Assembly (NCBI GenBank): GCA_016650215.1
Contig: JAENWF010000164.1
Span: 1-47,454 of the forward strand
DNA length: 47,454 nt
Origin: Thermoanaerobaculia bacterium
GTDB lineage: Bacteria; Acidobacteriota; Thermoanaerobaculia; Gp7-AA8
Direction of reading: 5' to 3'
Position numbers and translations under genes: made by a program. Position 1 is the first letter of the stretch; every line of letters starts with the position of its first letter. Positions 43,788 to 47,454 of this stretch are shown piece by piece. A model generated the notes under the pieces. It did no database searches. It worked only from the letters and a program-made list of their open reading frames with translations, and was not told the origin of the DNA.

Positions 43788-46547
43788 TTACAGCCCGGAA
43801 ACCGCGACCGCGACGAGCGTGAAATCGTCATCCTCTCTTCCGCCGGCGAAGGAAGAGACGGCGTCGGAGATGGCCGCAGTCAGATCGCGCGCGCTCGAGG
43901 TTCGATGGTTTGCGACGAGCTCTTCGAGTCTTGCTTCGCCGAAATCGTTCTCGGCGGCATCGCGCGCTTCGGAGACGCCGTCGGTGAAGAGCACCAGGCG
44001 ATCGCCTTCCTGCAGCTCGACTTCGCCATCTTCAAAGGGGATGGTTCGGAAGAGACGTGAGAAGACGGGACCGCCCGTCGAGAGTCGAACGGTGGAACCA
44101 TCGGCGCGTGCGAGCACCGGCGGGTTGTGACCCGCGTTGCAGTAGCGGATGCGGCGTGCCTGCGTATCGATGGTCGCGAAGAAGAAGGTGACGAAGCGGG
44201 TGCCGAGACTGGGGACGACGACGCGGCGAACGCGTTCGCAGAGTGCGCGTGGCGAGACGTCGTCTCCCGCAGATGCTCGCACCGCGGCCTGGAGAGCCGA
44301 CATCAGCAACGCCGCGGGAATCCCCTTGCCGGCGACGTCGCCGATGCAGACGGCGAGCTGCGTTTCGCTGAGCTTGAGCAGATCGTAGTAATCGCCGCCG
44401 ACAGCACGCGCAGGGTGCCAGATGCCGCTCACATCGAGTCCCGCGACCTGCGGAATCTCGTTTGGAATCAGCGCCTGCTGCATCTGCTTCGCCTGCTCGA
44501 AGTCGGCTTCGTCGTGCTGCACGCGGATCCGGTCGAGTGCGATCGCGATTTGATCGGCAGCGGACGAGATGAACTCGATGTCCTCGAGATCGAACTCGGT
44601 ATCGGAGAGTTTCGAAGCGAGTGCGATGACGCCGCCGACGTCGCCGTGCGAGCGGATGGGGACGACCAGAGCGGTCTCGACTCGCTGGAGCGCCGCGGCA
44701 TCGGCGTCGGGAAGAGGACGCCGCCGCGGATCGAGCGGACGATCGAATGTTTTCGCGGTTGCGAGCGAGAGTCGCAGATTGCCGAGAATCGAGTCGGCGA
44801 CTCCGATCTTCGCGGTCGCGATCAGTTCGTCGCCGCGCCGCGTGAGAATCACTGCTGCGCGGTTCTGTAGGGCCTGCTGCAGTTTTTCGACGGCTGCGTT
44901 CATGAATGCGTTCAGATCGACTGCTGAGAGGGTGTCCGCCGCGATGGCTCGCAGCGCCTGCGGATAATCGACCTTCTGGCGGAAGAGGTTTCGTTCGACG
45001 AGGTTCTGCAGGCGATTGCGCAACGGCACGAATGCGAGCGCCACGAGCAGCGTCGACGCGATCACGACCGTTTGGTTCTTCACGCCCGCGATGTTGACGA
45101 GCACCGTCCCGAGCCCGCCGACCAGACCGAGGTAGACGACGATGATGAAGCCGCTCAGGATCGCGTAGACGACCGTCTTCTTGATGATGACGTCGATGTT
45201 CATCAGGCGGTACTTGAGAATCGCGGCAGCGAACGAAATCGGAATGAGCAGGTAGGCCAGAATCGCTGTGAGCTGTGCGACCTGCGAGATGCGCATCCAC
45301 GGCTTCATGTCGAAGCCTGAGACGACGAAGTAGATGCTCAGGATCGGAATGGTCAGTGCAAAGAACATCTTGACCGCGAGCGCGATCAGCGTTCCCCAGA
45401 GGGGCCACTTGACCTGCCGCCGCTCTTCGACTCCGGCGTCGCGATACGAGCGGTAGAGCGCGACGCATGCGAGGATGGGGAAGGATGCGAGCACCAGGAT
45501 TGGTAGCGTGACTGCGCCGACCGCGACAATCGCCGCGAACACCTTCCACGTCAGCGCAAGGGCGATGCGAAAGGTGCCGAAGAGAACTCCGAAAACGGCG
45601 GCGACCGACTGCAGCGGCATGCTGAAGACCGCGGGGAGGAACCCCTGCTCGCGCCATCGTGGAGCGAGGCGGAGCGCGCCGAGCAGTCCGCCGATGGCGA
45701 CAGCGCCGATCACTACTTCGATCAGAATCCTGGCCGACACCTCATCCGCTTTGAGCACAGCCGCGCTCGCGATTGCGGCGAAACCAACACCGAGAAGGAT
45801 GGCCGAAAGAGGGACTGCGTAGATGAGGCGGATCAGCGATGGATAGCGCGACAGAACCGGCCGGTCCCTCGGGAAGACGAGCGCGAGATGAAGCGTCAGC
45901 GGCGTGAAGATCGCGACCATGACCAACATGATTGCGATCGGCAACAGTCCCCTGATAGGACTCATGTAGATACCGCGGAGCGCGCTGCTATCGAGAGCGA
46001 TGAGAGCGGAGCTGAGGATGCTGAGCGTGCCGGCCATCATCATCGCGTAGAAGACGGAGGACCTTCGGTCGCCGGGATTGCGCGTCAGGACCAGCAGACC
46101 AATCGCGATGAAGCTCGCAGCGACGAATGCATTCACCGCCGCATAGATCGCCACGTAGTTGCTGGCGTAGGGTGATCCGAACCGGACGGCGATCTCGCGC
46201 TCCGAAGCACCGCGCCGAATCCGATAGGTCACCAGATCGCCGCGCTGAACGCGGCTGGAGAGCTCGGTCAGCTTCGCGGTATCGCTTACGGGAATTCCAT
46301 TGAACGTGAGGATCCTGTCGCCAACCCGAAGGCCCGCGCGTTCACCAGGGCCGTCGGGATACATCAGCACGATGTCTCCCGGGTAGGACCTGGTGAGTGG
46401 GTTTCGGACGGTGTTCGTCTCGTACGCGAACCCGGCATATCCGGCAGCGTGAGCTTTCTGCATCCGGGCGATGATGAAGCCGGTCATCGCCCCCACGAGC
46501 GCGAGCGCCACGAGGGCCGCCATCGTCACCCGTCGTTTCGCGGTCAT
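43788..46547 (-). CDS. PDZ / polytopic membrane / GAF / PP2C (SpoIIE) serine phosphatase
   Basis: After an N-terminal TM comes a PDZ domain (GPGERAGLRVGDRILTFNGIPV). About ten TM segments and a GAF-like segment (ALVVPIRSHGDVGGVIALASK) follow. The PP2C domain carries AVGGDYYDLL, IGDVAGKGIPAAL and LVLFTDGVSEA. Confidence 0.85.
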   Translation of the reverse strand: MTAKRRVTMAALVALALVGAMTGFIIARMQKAHAAGYAGFAYETNTVRNPLTRSYPGDIVLMYPDGPGERAGLRVGDRILTFNGIPVSDTAKLTELSSRVQRGDLVTYRIRRGASEREIAVRFGSPYASNYVAIYAAVNAFVAASFIAIGLLVLTRNPGDRRSSVFYAMMMAGTLSILSSALIALDSSALRGIYMSPIRGLLPIAIMLVMVAIFTPLTLHLALVFPRDRPVLSRYPSLIRLIYAVPLSAILLGVGFAAIASAAVLKADEVSARILIEVVIGAVAIGGLLGALRLAPRWREQGFLPAVFSMPLQSVAAVFGVLFGTFRIALALTWKVFAAIVAVGAVTLPILVLASFPILACVALYRSYRDAGVEERRQVKWPLWGTLIALAVKMFFALTIPILSIYFVVSGFDMKPWMRISQVAQLTAILAYLLIPISFAAAILKYRLMNIDVIIKKTVVYAILSGFIIVVYLGLVGGLGTVLVNIAGVKNQTVVIASTLLVALAFVPLRNRLQNLVERNLFRQKVDYPQALRAIAADTLSAVDLNAFMNAAVEKLQQALQNRAAVILTRRGDELIATAKIGVADSILGNLRLSLATAKTFDRPLDPRRRPLPDADAAALQRVETALVVPIRSHGDVGGVIALASKLSDTEFDLEDIEFISSAADQIAIALDRIRVQHDEADFEQAKQMQQALIPNEIPQVAGLDVSGIWHPARAVGGDYYDLLKLSETQLAVCIGDVAGKGIPAALLMSALQAAVRASAGDDVSPRALCERVRRVVVPSLGTRFVTFFFATIDTQARRIRYCNAGHNPPVLARADGSTVRLSTGGPVFSRLFRTIPFEDGEVELQEGDRLVLFTDGVSEARDAAENDFGEARLEELVANHRTSSARDLTAAISDAVSSFAGGREDDDFTLVAVAVSGL

Positions 46548-46582
46548 GGTCGGCTTGTTTTACGGACCGTGGTCCCGAAGGT

Positions 46583-47257
46583 TCACGCGCGGTCGCCGCG
46601 GCGGTTGACGATCGACATGAACTCCTGGCGCGTCCGATCGTCCGAGAGGAAGTTGCCGCGCAGGACGTTCGTCTCCATGAATGACGACTCCTGCTCGACA
46701 CCGCGCATCACCATGCAGAGATGCACGCCGCCCATCCAGACAGCGATTCCCTTCGGCTCGACGATCTTCTCGATCGTGTCGGCGATGTCGTGTGCCAGGT
46801 GCTCCTGCGACTGAAGACGGCGCATGTGTACCTCGACGATGCGCGGGATCTTCGACGCGCCGATGATCGTCCTCTCCGGGATGTAGCCGATGATGAACTG
46901 TCCGAAGAACGGCAGGATGTGATGCGCACAAAGCGTCTTGTAGGTCCCGCCGATCACCACGAGGTTCTGGCAGTTCTCATCCGCCGCCGTGCACGCCTTT
47001 CGAAAAAGCGTCGTCAGTTTCTTGACGTCTGTGTAGTCGTACCCGCTCGTCATCGTGACGAGCGACTCGGCCCAGCGCCGCGGAGTGTCGACGACCGCCT
47101 CGTCCTCGAGATTCACGTGAAGAAGCCGAAGAACCTCACGCAAATGCTCCTGCAGTTTCTCCCGGTCCACGGATGGGCGGGGACTGGTGAGAAGTCCGCG
47201 GTCGTAGACCAGCGCCTCCATCTCGGTCTGAGCGATCTGGACGTCGGGGGTTTTCAT
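46583..47257 (-). CDS. folE: GTP cyclohydrolase I (FolE type 1)
   Basis: CAHHILPFFG and GGVHLCMVMRGV are present. 224 aa. Confidence 0.92.
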   Translation of the reverse strand: MKTPDVQIAQTEMEALVYDRGLLTSPRPSVDREKLQEHLREVLRLLHVNLEDEAVVDTPRRWAESLVTMTSGYDYTDVKKLTTLFRKACTAADENCQNLVVIGGTYKTLCAHHILPFFGQFIIGYIPERTIIGASKIPRIVEVHMRRLQSQEHLAHDIADTIEKIVEPKGIAVWMGGVHLCMVMRGVEQESSFMETNVLRGNFLSDDRTRQEFMSIVNRRGDRA

Positions 47258-47287
47258 GGGCGAAGTGTAGACGAGGACTGCCGGAAG

Positions 47288-47432
47288 GACTGAGTGCTGA
47301 GTGCTGAGGACTGAAGTGCTGAGTGCTGAGTGCTGAGTGCTGAGGACTGAGTCATTCCGAGCGCAAGCGAGGAATCCGGGTGGTGGAGCGTTTCCCCTCC
47401 CGCCCGGATTCCTCGCTTTCGCTCGGAATGAC
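47288..47432. repeat. CTGAGTG/CTGAGGA heptamer array directly abutting a REP-like hairpin
   Basis: The heptamer array lies at 47288-47353. The hairpin pairs GTCATTCCGAGCGCAAGCGAGGAATCCGGG with CCCGGATTCCTCGCTTTCGCTCGGAATGAC (47351-47432). Confidence 0.85.
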
Positions 47433-47454
47433 AGGAACCTCGACGAATCCCAGA

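Noticed and set aside
44032-45657. 541-aa minus-strand ORF (and the 247-aa plus-strand ORF 44127-44870)
   Set aside because: These are an alternative frame and the antisense strand of the PDZ-GAF-PP2C gene. The sequence is extremely Arg/Pro/Ser-rich and has no domain signatures.

Overview
GC-rich (value not computed), gene-dense bacterial chromosomal window. I call about 38 protein genes on both strands and find no rRNA, tRNA, CRISPR, transposase or integrase. The gene content (a ~1100-aa BNR/Sortilin-repeat protein, polytopic SpoIIE phosphatases, abundant CTGAGCGAAGCGA-type REP hairpins) suggests an Acidobacteriota- or Gemmatimonadota-like organism, but this is inference only.

Housekeeping genes recognised by motif are pyrE, gltX, fabI, eno, lepB, folE and a MoeB-rhodanese fusion. 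HMG-CoA lyase, glycerate kinase and an S9 peptidase are also present.

Most interesting observations:
1. A single 2402-aa ORF (29319-36527, minus strand) joins a TamB/AsmA-like inner-membrane-anchored periplasm-spanning protein in frame to a roughly 7-POTRA Omp85 outer-membrane barrel. This would be one polypeptide bridging the whole envelope.
2. A tightly translationally coupled six-gene operon (14244-18731) encodes fur, an FTR1 permease, the ApbE flavin transferase, a porin, an exported FMN-binding protein and a His-rich membrane protein. It looks like a flavin-dependent extracytoplasmic iron reduction and import module.
3. The intergenic regions are unusual. At least seven loci carry locus-specific tandem heptamer arrays that form long hairpins. 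A 206-bp double-hairpin element occurs twice in inverted orientation. REP-like hairpins abut the heptamer arrays.
4. Also present are an orphan three-gene pseudopilin operon, an SPFH-AlkP-TPR fusion, a Ycf46-like AAA+ ATPase and two polytopic PP2C phosphatases.

Many long ORFs in the supplied track are off-frame or antisense artefacts of high GC content and were rejected. Several track ORFs were trimmed to internal starts that fit signal peptides, RBSs or ATGA/GTGA stop-start overlaps.
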